NCBI GenBank assembly: GCA_038250545.1
Contig: JBBSCF010000008.1
Location: 23,519-87,518 of the forward strand
Reading direction: 5' to 3'
DNA length: 64,000 nucleotides
From: Candidatus Limnocylindrales bacterium
Lineage (GTDB): Bacteria > Chloroflexota > Limnocylindria > Limnocylindrales > CSP1-4
Part shown: one piece after another, positions 44,571-53,928 of the stretch
Layout of the letters: every line of letters begins with the position of its first letter
Position numbering within the stretch: the first letter of the stretch is position 1
Notes under the pieces: model-generated
Databases searched by the model: none
Seen by the model: the letters and a program-made list of their open reading frames with translations, nothing else
What the model was told of the DNA's origin: nothing
Translations under genes and position numbers: made by a program

Positions 44571-45358
44571 CGCGGCTCCTCGAGGTCGGCGACGGCGCCC
44601 TCGATGTCCACGATCGTGCCGGTCAGATCCGAGTCCTGCGCCGCGTGGCGCGTCCCGTCCGGCACGGCCATGCCGAGCAGCGGCCCCGCCAGACCCCCGG
44701 CCACGATCCCGACACCCGGCCCCAGGGCCAGCGACGCCGCGACGCCGATGACCGCCCCGGACGCGGCTGCGACGACCTCCCGCCGGCCCGTCACCAGGCC
44801 GACGGCGAGGCCGGCCATCGCCGCGGGGAACACGATGTCCAGCCCGAACCGGCTGGGCTCCGGGATCGAGCCGCCAAGGGTCACGCCTGCCAGCGTGGCC
44901 AGGTTCCACGGGATGAAGACCCCGAGGATCGCCCCGATCCAGTAGCCCGGCACGTCCACGCGGCCGAGGCGGTGGAAGTGGGTCGCCGCGAGCGCGAACG
45001 CCTCGTCGGTGAGGACGTGGGCCATGGCGGCTCGCTGCAGGAACGGGACCTGGCGGAGCCACGGGGCCAGCGCCGCGCTGTAGAGGAGGTGGCGCGCGTT
45101 GAGGAAGAACGTGAGGACGACGATGGGCAGCCACGGGAGCCCGGCACTGACGTACCCCACCGCCGCGAACTGGGCGGCGCCCGCGAAGCCGATGGTGCTC
45201 ATCGCCATCGCCTCGATGGTCGAGTAGCCGGCGTTGCGCGCCGCCAGGCCGAACACGAACCCGAAGCCGATGGCGGACACGGCGATGCCCGCGGTATCGA
45301 GGAGGAGCTGGCGCCGCGCGGCCCGCAGGTCCGGCTGCGACCCCGCGGGTGCGCTCAC
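44567..45358 (-). CDS. azlC: Branched-chain amino acid exporter AzlC
   Basis: GTG 45358 inside track ORF 44567..45559. GFGFVFGLAARNAGYS...STIGFAGAAQFAAV is typical of AzlC. Confidence 0.8.
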   Translation of the reverse strand: MSAPAGSQPDLRAARRQLLLDTAGIAVSAIGFGFVFGLAARNAGYSTIEAMAMSTIGFAGAAQFAAVGYVSAGLPWLPIVVLTFFLNARHLLYSAALAPWLRQVPFLQRAAMAHVLTDEAFALAATHFHRLGRVDVPGYWIGAILGVFIPWNLATLAGVTLGGSIPEPSRFGLDIVFPAAMAGLAVGLVTGRREVVAAASGAVIGVAASLALGPGVGIVAGGLAGPLLGMAVPDGTRHAAQDSDLTGTIVDIEGAVADLEEPR

Positions 45359-45374
45359 GCCGCCGGTCCGGCGA

Positions 45375-45647
45375 CTAGCGCAGGAAGGTCTTCGCGCAGG
45401 TCCCGTCGCAGACGACGTAGACGGCGTGCTTCTCGATCGCGTAGCCGGCCGCGTGGAGCAGGCCCGGGCAGCCGGCGGTCGGGCACTTGTAGACCCACCA
45501 GCGCTCGTTGGTGTCGAGTGGGGTCGTCTCGGCCTTGAGCTTGTCGGCGAGGCCCTCACGACCCTCGGTCAGCGTGGCGACGCGGGCAGCCCGGTCCGCC
45601 TCCGTCTCGCTGGTATAGGGGTAGTTCTGGCCGACGTTCGAGGTCAC
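45375..45647 (-). CDS. Small cytoplasmic protein with C-terminal four-Cys zinc-ribbon-like motif (90 aa)
   Basis: GGAGG RBS then GTG 45647. ...WWVYKCPTAGCPGLLHAAGYAIEKHAVYVVCDGTCAKTF. Confidence 0.6.
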   Translation of the reverse strand: MTSNVGQNYPYTSETEADRAARVATLTEGREGLADKLKAETTPLDTNERWWVYKCPTAGCPGLLHAAGYAIEKHAVYVVCDGTCAKTFLR

Positions 45648-45780
45648 TGGCCCCTCCGCTGTCCATACAGGGCCGGCGGCAGATCGGTGTGAGCGCGGCT
45701 GCCACCGGCTGGCGGAGGATACCATCCGGGACCCGCGCCTCCGGACCGCGGACGACACCGTTCGGGCGCCCGCGCGACCG

Positions 45781-47439
45781 TCACCGGACGGCCGGCAGGC
45801 CGGCGCTGCGGGGGTCCGTCATGGCCGCCAGGGACCCGCCCGCGGCAGGCCCCCCGTCGACCAGCTCGATCGCGTGCTCGTGGCCCAGGGCGCCGTCGTA
45901 GCCGATCTCGGTCAGCCGGTGGCCGCGCTCGCGGAGCCCCGCCGCGACCCCATCGGCGAGCGTCCCGTCGGCGGCGACGTGGACCGGCGGCGCGAGCCAT
46001 CCGTCGGGCTCCACCGTGATCCGCGGGGCCGCCACGGCCGTCGCGATGTCGGCCCCGCCGTCGACCAGCGCCGAGACGAGCTGGACGTGGACCTGGGGCT
46101 GGATGTCGCCGCCCATGGACCCGGCGACCACCCACGGCCGCCGCTCGCCGGCCCGGAACAGCATGCCGGGGAGCAGCGTGTGCGCAGTCCGCTTGCCGGG
46201 CGCCAGGACGTTCGGGTGGTCGGGGTCCAGCGAGAACGAGGCGCCCCGGTTCTGGAAGTGCACGCCGGTGCCCGGGTCCACGACGCCGCTGCCGAACCCG
46301 GCCGCGTTGGACTGGATGAGGCTCACGGCGTTGCCGTCTCCGTCCACGACGCCCAGCCAGATCGTGCCTCCGACGAGCGTGCGGGCGGGGGGCGGGGCCG
46401 GGTCGGCACGCCGCGGGTCGATCCGGGCGGCGAGCTCGGCCGCGCGGTCCTTCGAGAGGAGCAGGTCCAGCGGCACGTCCCGGAAGGCCGGGTCCGTGAG
46501 CAGCGCGTCGCGATCGGCGTAGGCGAGCTTGGCGGCCTCGAGCCAGCGGTGCGGCCAGGCCGCGTCCGACCAGCCGCGACCCGTGAACCGGGCGCCGGGC
46601 GGGGGCTCGAACCGCTCGAGCACGTTGAGGATCTCGAGGGCCAGCACGCCGCTGCTGTTGGGCGGGTGCGTCGTCACGCGGACGCCACGGTAGGTGGTGG
46701 CGATCGGCAAGCCGAGCGTGCTCCGGTGGCCGCGCAGGTCGTCCGCCGTGTGGCTGCCGCCGGCCGCCGCCAGGGCCCGTGCGACCCGCTCGCCGAGGTC
46801 GCCGTCGTAGTAGGCGTCGAAGCCCTGGTCCGCGAGCTCGCGCAGGGTCGCGGCGAGCGCCGGGAGCCGGACCACCTCGCCGGGCCGCCACGGGCGGCCC
46901 TCGGGGCGCCACACCGAGCGGAACCCCGCGGCCCACGGCTCGTCGCCGATGCTCGCGTCGGTTGCCTCGACCGCCCCGATTAGCCCGTCCCAGGCCGGGA
47001 AGCCCGCGCCCGCCTGCTCGATCGCCGCCGCGAGCACCGCGTCGCGGGAGAGCCGGCCCCAGCGACGGTGAGCGTCGGCCCAGGAACGGACGGCCCCGGG
47101 CACCGTGATCGCGAGCGGCCCGCGGAGCGGGATCCGGTCCAGGCCCCGTGCCCGCAGCGCGGCCGCGTCGGCGGCCGCGGGGGCGCGCCCGGAGCCGTTG
47201 AGCGCGACCTGCTCGCCCGCGGCCTCGTCCCACACCAGCCAGAACGCGTCGCCGCCGATCCCGCAGCCGTTTGGCATGACCACGCCCAGGACCGCGTTGG
47301 TGGCGATCGCGGCGTCGACCGCGTGCCCGCCGGCCGCGAGGACGGCGAGGCCGGCGGCGGTCGCGAGGTGGTGGGGCGCCACGACGGCCCCGCGGGCGCC
47401 GCGCGCCAGCCGGGCGGGGACGAGGGCGGGATCAGGCAT
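45781..47439 (-). CDS. ggt: Gamma-glutamyltransferase
   Basis: ATG 47439 (MPDPAL...). GCGIGGDAFWLV. Autoprocessing/nucleophile region VGGTIWLGVVD. GSMGGDIQPQ. Confidence 0.9.
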   Translation of the reverse strand: MPDPALVPARLARGARGAVVAPHHLATAAGLAVLAAGGHAVDAAIATNAVLGVVMPNGCGIGGDAFWLVWDEAAGEQVALNGSGRAPAAADAAALRARGLDRIPLRGPLAITVPGAVRSWADAHRRWGRLSRDAVLAAAIEQAGAGFPAWDGLIGAVEATDASIGDEPWAAGFRSVWRPEGRPWRPGEVVRLPALAATLRELADQGFDAYYDGDLGERVARALAAAGGSHTADDLRGHRSTLGLPIATTYRGVRVTTHPPNSSGVLALEILNVLERFEPPPGARFTGRGWSDAAWPHRWLEAAKLAYADRDALLTDPAFRDVPLDLLLSKDRAAELAARIDPRRADPAPPPARTLVGGTIWLGVVDGDGNAVSLIQSNAAGFGSGVVDPGTGVHFQNRGASFSLDPDHPNVLAPGKRTAHTLLPGMLFRAGERRPWVVAGSMGGDIQPQVHVQLVSALVDGGADIATAVAAPRITVEPDGWLAPPVHVAADGTLADGVAAGLRERGHRLTEIGYDGALGHEHAIELVDGGPAAGGSLAAMTDPRSAGLPAVR

Positions 47440-48724
47440 GGGTGGTGCCCTCGGGATCGCCGGCCGTCGCACCGAACCGGTGCTCGTAGCCGCGCAGGTG
47501 GCTGATCGGCAGGAGCGCGATCCCCAGCAGCACGAACGACACGACGAAGATCCCGTCGAGCCCCGACCGCTGGGCGGCCACCCCGCCGAGGATGCTGCCG
47601 ATGATCTGCCCGAGCCCCAGGAACACGGAGTACAGACCCATGATCGCGCCGCGGTCCGCCGGGTAGGCCTCGGTCATGTCTGCCAGCAGGCCGATGGCGG
47701 CCGGGGTCGCGCCCGCGAGCACGAACAGCCCACCCGCCGCGAGGGCGAGGAGCACGAGCAGGAGGGGCAGCAGGCCCGTGCCGACGTGGTTGATCGCCAT
47801 CGAGGCCGCCAGCATCACCGCGCCGCCCGCGATCCCGTACAGGATGATCGTCGTCCGCCGCATCGACTTGAACTTGCCGCCCCAGTAGAGCAGGCCGGCA
47901 AAGAACAACAGTCCGCCGATCCCCAGGCCGATCGACACCTGGACGGGGCTGAAGCCGCCCATCAGCGCCTGGTCGGCGAACGTGGGGTTCCGCGCCCCGA
48001 CCAGCTGGAACAGCGTCTGGCTGGTGAACAGGCCCAGGGTGGCGTTGATGGCGATCCACGTCGGCGCCAGCAGCCACACGTGGCTCCCGGCGAGGATTTG
48101 CCAGTAGCGCCGGAAGCCCTCAGCCCGGTCGTGGGCGCGCGCGGCCGCCTCCGGCTCCGCGTGCGCCGGGACGCCATACCGATAGATCAGGAACGACACC
48201 AGGTAGACGAGGGCGTTCACCATGAACCCCAGCGGGCCCAGGGCGGTGAACAGCACGCCGCCCACCACGAAGCCGAACATGAGCCCGGCCAGGGTCGCCG
48301 CCTCGAAGCGCGCGACGGCCTTGCCGCGCCGGAGCTCATCCGCTGCCGTGGCGAAGGCGATGAACCCCAGGATCGATGGCACGGACGCGGCGGTCGAGCC
48401 GCCCTCCAGCAGCCGGGTGAGGCCGATGATCGGCAGGCTCACCGTGAGCGCCGTGATCACGACGGCGATGCCGCCGAACAGGGGGCCGATGAGCATGACC
48501 CGGCGGTGCCCCAGGCGGTCCGAGAGGATGCCGAAGATGGGGGAACCGATCAGCTCGCTCGCGTAGAACAGCGCGCCGAGGATGCCCACCTCGAACGCCG
48601 AGACCGGCTGGCCGCCGTAGCGTGGGAAGTCGGCGTAGTAGTAGACGAGCATCGACCCGGTGATGCCCGTGGCCAGCCGCAGCGTGAAGGTGCCGAAGAT
48701 GACCGCGAGGACGGGGCGCTCCAT
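47432..48724 (-). CDS. MFS transporter
   Basis: Internal ATG (MERPVLAVIFGTF...). 12 predicted TM segments. GILSDRLGHRR loop motif. 8-nt overlap with the ggt start. Confidence 0.85.
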   Translation of the reverse strand: MERPVLAVIFGTFTLRLATGITGSMLVYYYADFPRYGGQPVSAFEVGILGALFYASELIGSPIFGILSDRLGHRRVMLIGPLFGGIAVVITALTVSLPIIGLTRLLEGGSTAASVPSILGFIAFATAADELRRGKAVARFEAATLAGLMFGFVVGGVLFTALGPLGFMVNALVYLVSFLIYRYGVPAHAEPEAAARAHDRAEGFRRYWQILAGSHVWLLAPTWIAINATLGLFTSQTLFQLVGARNPTFADQALMGGFSPVQVSIGLGIGGLLFFAGLLYWGGKFKSMRRTTIILYGIAGGAVMLAASMAINHVGTGLLPLLLVLLALAAGGLFVLAGATPAAIGLLADMTEAYPADRGAIMGLYSVFLGLGQIIGSILGGVAAQRSGLDGIFVVSFVLLGIALLPISHLRGYEHRFGATAGDPEGTTHA

Positions 48725-48861
48725 CCCACCAGCGTATCGGAGCCGGGGCGACCGGTCGCGGTCGAAACGTCCCTTCGGCGGGACGCGCGGCTCCCTATCA
48801 TCCGGAGCCGAGGGGGAGCCGGCCCGTGGCGGCCACGTCAACGCCGAGGAGAAGCCAGACC

Positions 48862-49707
48862 GTGTCCCGCGTCGCGATCGTCACCGACTCCGCCAGCGAC
48901 CTGCCGCCCGAGGTCGCCGCCGCGGCGGGGATCACCGTCGTCCCGCTCATCGTGAGCTTCGGGTCGGAGACCTTCAGGGCCAACGCCAACCTCACCACCG
49001 ACGAGTTCTGGGCACGCATGACCGCTCCCGGGGCACCGTTCCCCACCACGGCGGCCGCCTCGCCCGGCGTCTTCGGTCAGGCCTATCAGGCGGCCTTCGA
49101 CGCCGATGCGGATTCGATCGTCTGCGTGACGGTATCGAGCGACCTGTCGGGGACCTTCAAGTCCGCGACCATCGCGGCGGCCAGCCTGCCCAGCCGTGAC
49201 ATCCGCGTCGTCGACTCCCGATCCGCGTCCATGGGGCACGGCATGCTCGCCCAGGTGGGCGCCGAGATGGCGGCGGAGGGCCGGTCCGCGGCGGAGATCG
49301 CCGCGGCGCTCGAGGAGACCAAGGGCCGGATCGACCTCTTCGTCGCGCTCGACACCCTCGAGTACCTCAGGCGCGGCGGGCGGATCAGCGGCGCCCGCGC
49401 GGCGATGGGGACGATGCTCTCGATCAAGCCGATCATCACCGTGACCGAGGGCATCGTCGAGCAGGCCGAGCGCGTCCGTACCCGGATCACGGCGCGCGAG
49501 CGGTGCCTGGAGCTGCTCACGGCTCGGCCGATGGAGCGGGCGTCGGTCCTGCACACCACCAACGCGGACGTCGAGGCCTTCCACGCGGCGTTCCTGGAGC
49601 GGTCGGGGCTGGACCCAGCGCTGGTCCAGGTCAGGACCGTCGGGCCGTCCGTTGGCCCGCACCTGGGCCCCGGGTGCGTGGGCGCCGTCGCGGTGTACCG
49701 GGCGTAG
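48862..49707 (+). CDS. DegV family (fatty-acid-binding) protein
   Basis: GAGGAGAAG RBS then GTG. VAIVTDSASDLP N-terminus. GTMLSIKPII. Confidence 0.88.
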   Translation: MSRVAIVTDSASDLPPEVAAAAGITVVPLIVSFGSETFRANANLTTDEFWARMTAPGAPFPTTAAASPGVFGQAYQAAFDADADSIVCVTVSSDLSGTFKSATIAAASLPSRDIRVVDSRSASMGHGMLAQVGAEMAAEGRSAAEIAAALEETKGRIDLFVALDTLEYLRRGGRISGARAAMGTMLSIKPIITVTEGIVEQAERVRTRITARERCLELLTARPMERASVLHTTNADVEAFHAAFLERSGLDPALVQVRTVGPSVGPHLGPGCVGAVAVYRA

Positions 49708-49979
49708 GCGGTGGCACGAGCCGCGTCCTCGCGGTCGGTACGGTGCGGACCCCTGCCAATGGACAGGGACGGCGAAGTGACGGACAGGTTGCGGCAGGGT
49801 GACGAGCGGCCCGTGGTCCCGGGCTCCGCGTGGCTATACTCGGGCTCCGAAGGCGGCGCGTGACGCCCGTCCGGCCCTGCCACGGCCGGAGGCCGATCCG
49901 CCCCCGTGGGGTCGTCCGGACGACGACCCATCGTCCAGGGGCGGCGTCCACCGTCCCGCCAACCGAGGATCTTCCGTTC

Positions 49980-51245
49980 ATGACGACGGAAAACGTTGCG
50001 GCGCCGATCAACGCCTGGCAGGTCGCGCAGCATCAGTTCGACATCGCTGCCGAGATGCTCAACCTCGACCCCGGCCTGCGCCGCGTGCTGCGCGAGCCCC
50101 GCCGCGAGCTCACCGTTCACTTCCCGGTCCACATGGACGACGGCTCCGTCCAGGTCTTCACGGGCTACCGCGTCCAGCACAACCTGGGTCGCGGCCCGGC
50201 CAAGGGCGGCATCCGCTACCACCAGGACGTCACGCTCGACGAGGTCAAGGCCCTCGCGATGTGGATGACCTGGAAGTGCGCGGTCGTCGGCATCCCGTAC
50301 GGCGGCGGCAAGGGCGGCGTCAGCGTCGACCCCAAGAAGCTGTCCCAGAAGGAGCTCGAGGGACTCAGCCGCCGGTTCTTCACCGAGATCTCGGTGCTCG
50401 TCGGCCCGGAGCGCGACATCCCGGCGCCCGACGTCAACACGACGCCCCAGATCATGGCCTGGTTCATGGACACCTACTCCATGCACGTCGGCTACACGGT
50501 CCCGGGCGTGGTCACCGGCAAGCCGATCAGCCTCGGCGGGTCGGAGGGGCGCAACGAGGCGACCGCGCGCGGCTGCGTGTACACGATCGTCGATGCCGCG
50601 GCCCATCTCGGCACGGACCTCACCAGGACGACGACGGCCGTCCAGGGCTTCGGCAACGCGGGCGCCATCGCGGCCCGGCTCATGGCCGACGAAGGATCGA
50701 CGGTCATCGCCGTGTCCGACACGGGCGGCGCGATCACGAACCCCAACGGTCTCGATGTCGATCGCGTGCTGGCCTGGAAGAAGGAGCACGGCACCGTCGT
50801 CGGGTTCCCGGGCACCACCACGATCACCAACGGCGAGCTCCTCGAGCTGCCGTGCGACATCCTGATCCCGGCCGCCTACGAGAACCAGATCACCGCCCAG
50901 AATGCCGCGAACGTGAAGGCCAGGATCGTCGCCGAGGCCGCCAACGGCCCCACGACGCCCGAGGCCGACGTGATCCTGGCCGACAAGGGCGTGTTCATGA
51001 TCCCGGACATCCTCGCCAACGCCGGCGGCGTGACCGTCAGCTACTTCGAGTGGGTCCAGGACCTCAACCGCGATCACTGGAGCGAGGCCGTCGTCAACGC
51101 CAAGCTCAAGGAGATCATGGACCGCTCCTTCGGAGAGGTTCTCGTGATGGCCCATAGCGAGAACGTCAACATGCGCACCGCGGCATACCTCGTCGCCGTC
51201 AAGCGCGTGGCCGACGCCACCGCCCTGCGCGGTCTCTATCCGTGA
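49980..51245 (+). CDS. gdhA: Glutamate dehydrogenase (Glu/Leu/Phe/Val dehydrogenase family)
   Basis: Internal ATG (MTTENVAAP...). KGGIRYH with the catalytic Lys region. GIPYGGGKGG. Dinucleotide fold VQGFGNAG. Confidence 0.92.
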   Translation: MTTENVAAPINAWQVAQHQFDIAAEMLNLDPGLRRVLREPRRELTVHFPVHMDDGSVQVFTGYRVQHNLGRGPAKGGIRYHQDVTLDEVKALAMWMTWKCAVVGIPYGGGKGGVSVDPKKLSQKELEGLSRRFFTEISVLVGPERDIPAPDVNTTPQIMAWFMDTYSMHVGYTVPGVVTGKPISLGGSEGRNEATARGCVYTIVDAAAHLGTDLTRTTTAVQGFGNAGAIAARLMADEGSTVIAVSDTGGAITNPNGLDVDRVLAWKKEHGTVVGFPGTTTITNGELLELPCDILIPAAYENQITAQNAANVKARIVAEAANGPTTPEADVILADKGVFMIPDILANAGGVTVSYFEWVQDLNRDHWSEAVVNAKLKEIMDRSFGEVLVMAHSENVNMRTAAYLVAVKRVADATALRGLYP

Positions 51246-51293
51246 TCCGTCGCGGCGGGTGACCGTCGCCGGCGCGTCAGAACGCTCGAAGCG

Positions 51294-51323
51294 GCCCGGG
51301 TTCGCCCGGGTCGTTTCGATTTC
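51294..51323 (+). terminator. Intrinsic terminator candidate for gdh (GCCCGGG-TTCG-CCCGGGT then CGTTTCGATTTC)
   Basis: Short GC stem with a T-rich tail, 50 nt after the gdh stop. Confidence 0.5.
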
Positions 51324-51341
51324 AGGGCTGGAGCGGCGGGC

Positions 51342-51878
<537 letters not shown>

Positions 51879-51947
51879 CTAGCCGAACCAGGCTCGCCCC
51901 GAAACCCCCGGCTCGGGGGATGACCGGGACACCTCGCCGGGCCCTGT

Positions 51948-51953
51948 TACCAT
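51948..51953 (+). promoter_or_regulatory. -10 box TACCAT 6 nt upstream of ATG 51960 (leaderless candidate)
   Basis: Same hexamer and spacing as upstream of the yyaL-like gene. Confidence 0.45.
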
Positions 51954-51959
51954 CGCCCC

Positions 51960-52565
51960 ATGCTCGACCACGAGGAGAAGTTCCTCTTCAAGGAGGAGAT
52001 CCTCCACCTCGCCAACGCCCTCAACGACCCGGGCAGCCTCGACAACGTCGAGGACCTCCTGACCGACGTCATCACCAGCCCGCGCTTCGACTCCGAGGTG
52101 TTCACCCTGGAGCGCAGCCTGCAGGTGATGCTCGGGGCCCGCGCCGGGACCACGCTCGTCGGCCTCCTGACCGTCGCGCCCGAGGTGTTCGAGGACGTGG
52201 CCGAGGTCCGGATCCCGCCCGAGGTCTACGAGCGGCTGGTGGCCTGGCGTGCCCGGTTCGGCCTCGCCATCGACAACGCCCTCAACTTCCTCAACAACCC
52301 CGACGGCATCCAGGGTCACAACTTCTCCACCCAGGTCGCCCATGTCGAGGAGCGCCGGGTGCTGCAGGGCCGCCTCACGATGGTCCGCTACAACAACGAG
52401 CCCCAGTTCTTCGTGGCCGATGCCGCGGTGTTCCTGGGTCTCGTCACGGACATCATGGAGCGCCTCGGGCCCTACCTCGAGCCGGACAGCGTGGACGAGG
52501 AGTCGCTCACGCGCCTGCGCGAGGCCGTGCAGCTCATCGAGCGCAAGACCGCCTCTCGCGGCTAG
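51960..52565 (+). CDS. Hypothetical protein (201 aa), no recognisable motif
   Basis: Balanced, non-repetitive composition (K, F, N, E present) with high GC3. Followed 11 nt later by the DRTGG gene. Confidence 0.7.
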   Translation: MLDHEEKFLFKEEILHLANALNDPGSLDNVEDLLTDVITSPRFDSEVFTLERSLQVMLGARAGTTLVGLLTVAPEVFEDVAEVRIPPEVYERLVAWRARFGLAIDNALNFLNNPDGIQGHNFSTQVAHVEERRVLQGRLTMVRYNNEPQFFVADAAVFLGLVTDIMERLGPYLEPDSVDEESLTRLREAVQLIERKTASRG

Positions 52566-52576
52566 GCGCCACCGCC

Positions 52577-53749
52577 GTGCGCCAGCTGTTCCTCGCCGCC
52601 ACCGGCCAGAATCGGGGCAAGACCACGGCCGCACTCGGCCTGCTGGACGGGTTCCGGCGGCGCGGCTACCGCACGGGCTTCTCCAAGCCCGTCGGCCAGC
52701 GCACGCTCATGATCGACGGCCAGCCGTGCGACGAGGACGCGGACCTCATGCGTCGGGTCTTCGACCTGCCCGACCCGTTCGCGGCGATGAGCCCGGTCCA
52801 CATTCCCCGTGGCCTCACGAAGCGCTATCTCTCGGGCGACGTGGTCGAGGACATGGAGTCGCCGATCATGGCCGCCCAGCGCCACTTCGCCGACCACGAC
52901 ATCTGGCTGGTTGAGGGGACCGGCCACGCGGGCGTCGGGGCCGTGGTGGGGCTGTCGAACGCGCGGGTCGCGTCCATGCTCCGGGTGCCTGCGGTGATCA
53001 TCTCCGAGGGCGGCGTGGGCCGGCCGATCGACGAGATCGTCCTCAACGCGTCGCACTTCGAGGCGCACGGCGTCCCCGTCGCGGGCGCCATCGTCAACAA
53101 GATCCGCGTGGACGAGTCGCCGGGCATCGAGCGGACCCTCGAGCGGGGCCTCGCCCTCCACGGGATCCCGCTGCTGGGCGTGCTCCCGTACCGCCCGATC
53201 CTGTCCAACCCCACCCTGGGCATGATCCTCAAGGGCGTCCACGGGGCTCTGATCTGCGCGGGGCCGGACCTCGACGCGGTCATCGACAGCGTGGCCATCG
53301 GTGCGATGGAGCCCCACCACATGCTCCTCCACGTCGGCCCGCGGACGCTGGTCATCGTGCCCGGCGACCGCGAGGACGCCATCCTGACCCTGGCGGCTGC
53401 GCACATCGCCGACCGGCCGTCCGCGCCCGACGTGGTCGCGCACCTCGAGAGCCTGGTGGGCGCGACGCCGGGGGCGATCGGCGCAGGCCCCGAGGGCAAG
53501 GCGCTGGGGATCGTGCTGACCGGTGGCTACACGCCCCGCCCGGAGGTGCTCGACGCGGTGCGCAACGCGGGCATGTTCGCGGCCATCGTCCCGGACGACA
53601 CCTACACGGTCGCGGCCGAGGTCCACGACCTGCTCGTGAAGACCCATCCCGAGGACACGGGCAAGATCGAGCTCATCAAGGCGCTGGTCTGGGAGCACCT
53701 GATGATGGACCGGTTCCTCGAGGTCGCCGCCGAGGCGCGGTTCGACTAG
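52577..53749 (+). CDS. Stand-alone phosphotransacetylase N-terminal-like protein (BioD/CobQ-like P-loop domain + DRTGG domain), no PTA catalytic domain
   Basis: GTG inside track ORF 51920..53749. LFLAATGQNRGKTTAALGL P-loop-like start. VEGTGHAGVG. VIVPGDREDAIL (DRTGG-type motif). 390 aa. Confidence 0.8.
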   Translation: MRQLFLAATGQNRGKTTAALGLLDGFRRRGYRTGFSKPVGQRTLMIDGQPCDEDADLMRRVFDLPDPFAAMSPVHIPRGLTKRYLSGDVVEDMESPIMAAQRHFADHDIWLVEGTGHAGVGAVVGLSNARVASMLRVPAVIISEGGVGRPIDEIVLNASHFEAHGVPVAGAIVNKIRVDESPGIERTLERGLALHGIPLLGVLPYRPILSNPTLGMILKGVHGALICAGPDLDAVIDSVAIGAMEPHHMLLHVGPRTLVIVPGDREDAILTLAAAHIADRPSAPDVVAHLESLVGATPGAIGAGPEGKALGIVLTGGYTPRPEVLDAVRNAGMFAAIVPDDTYTVAAEVHDLLVKTHPEDTGKIELIKALVWEHLMMDRFLEVAAEARFD

Positions 53750-53928
53750 CCCGCCCGGGCGAAGCGCGGCAGGAAGCGCCGGTTCGCCGCGAGGACCGCC
53801 GCGAGCAGGCCCGTCGCGCCGCTCGAGCAGCTCCGGCTTGCGGTCCAGGGCCTCGCTCGACCCCGGGGCCCCGTCGCTCTGCTCGCGTAGCCCCCGCGAG
53901 GCGCCCCGCACCGGGCACACTGGGAGCG

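Noticed and set aside
49777-49840. GTGAC-N6-GTTGC-N6-GTGAC-N6-CCCGT periodicity upstream of a TATACT box in the gdh leader, reminiscent of actinobacterial GlnR boxes (gTnAc-n6-GaAAc).
   Set aside because: Only the two a-sites match. Both b-sites are poor (GTTGC, CCCGT), and GTGAC is common in this GC-rich DNA. This is not enough to call a GlnR site without a genome-wide PWM.
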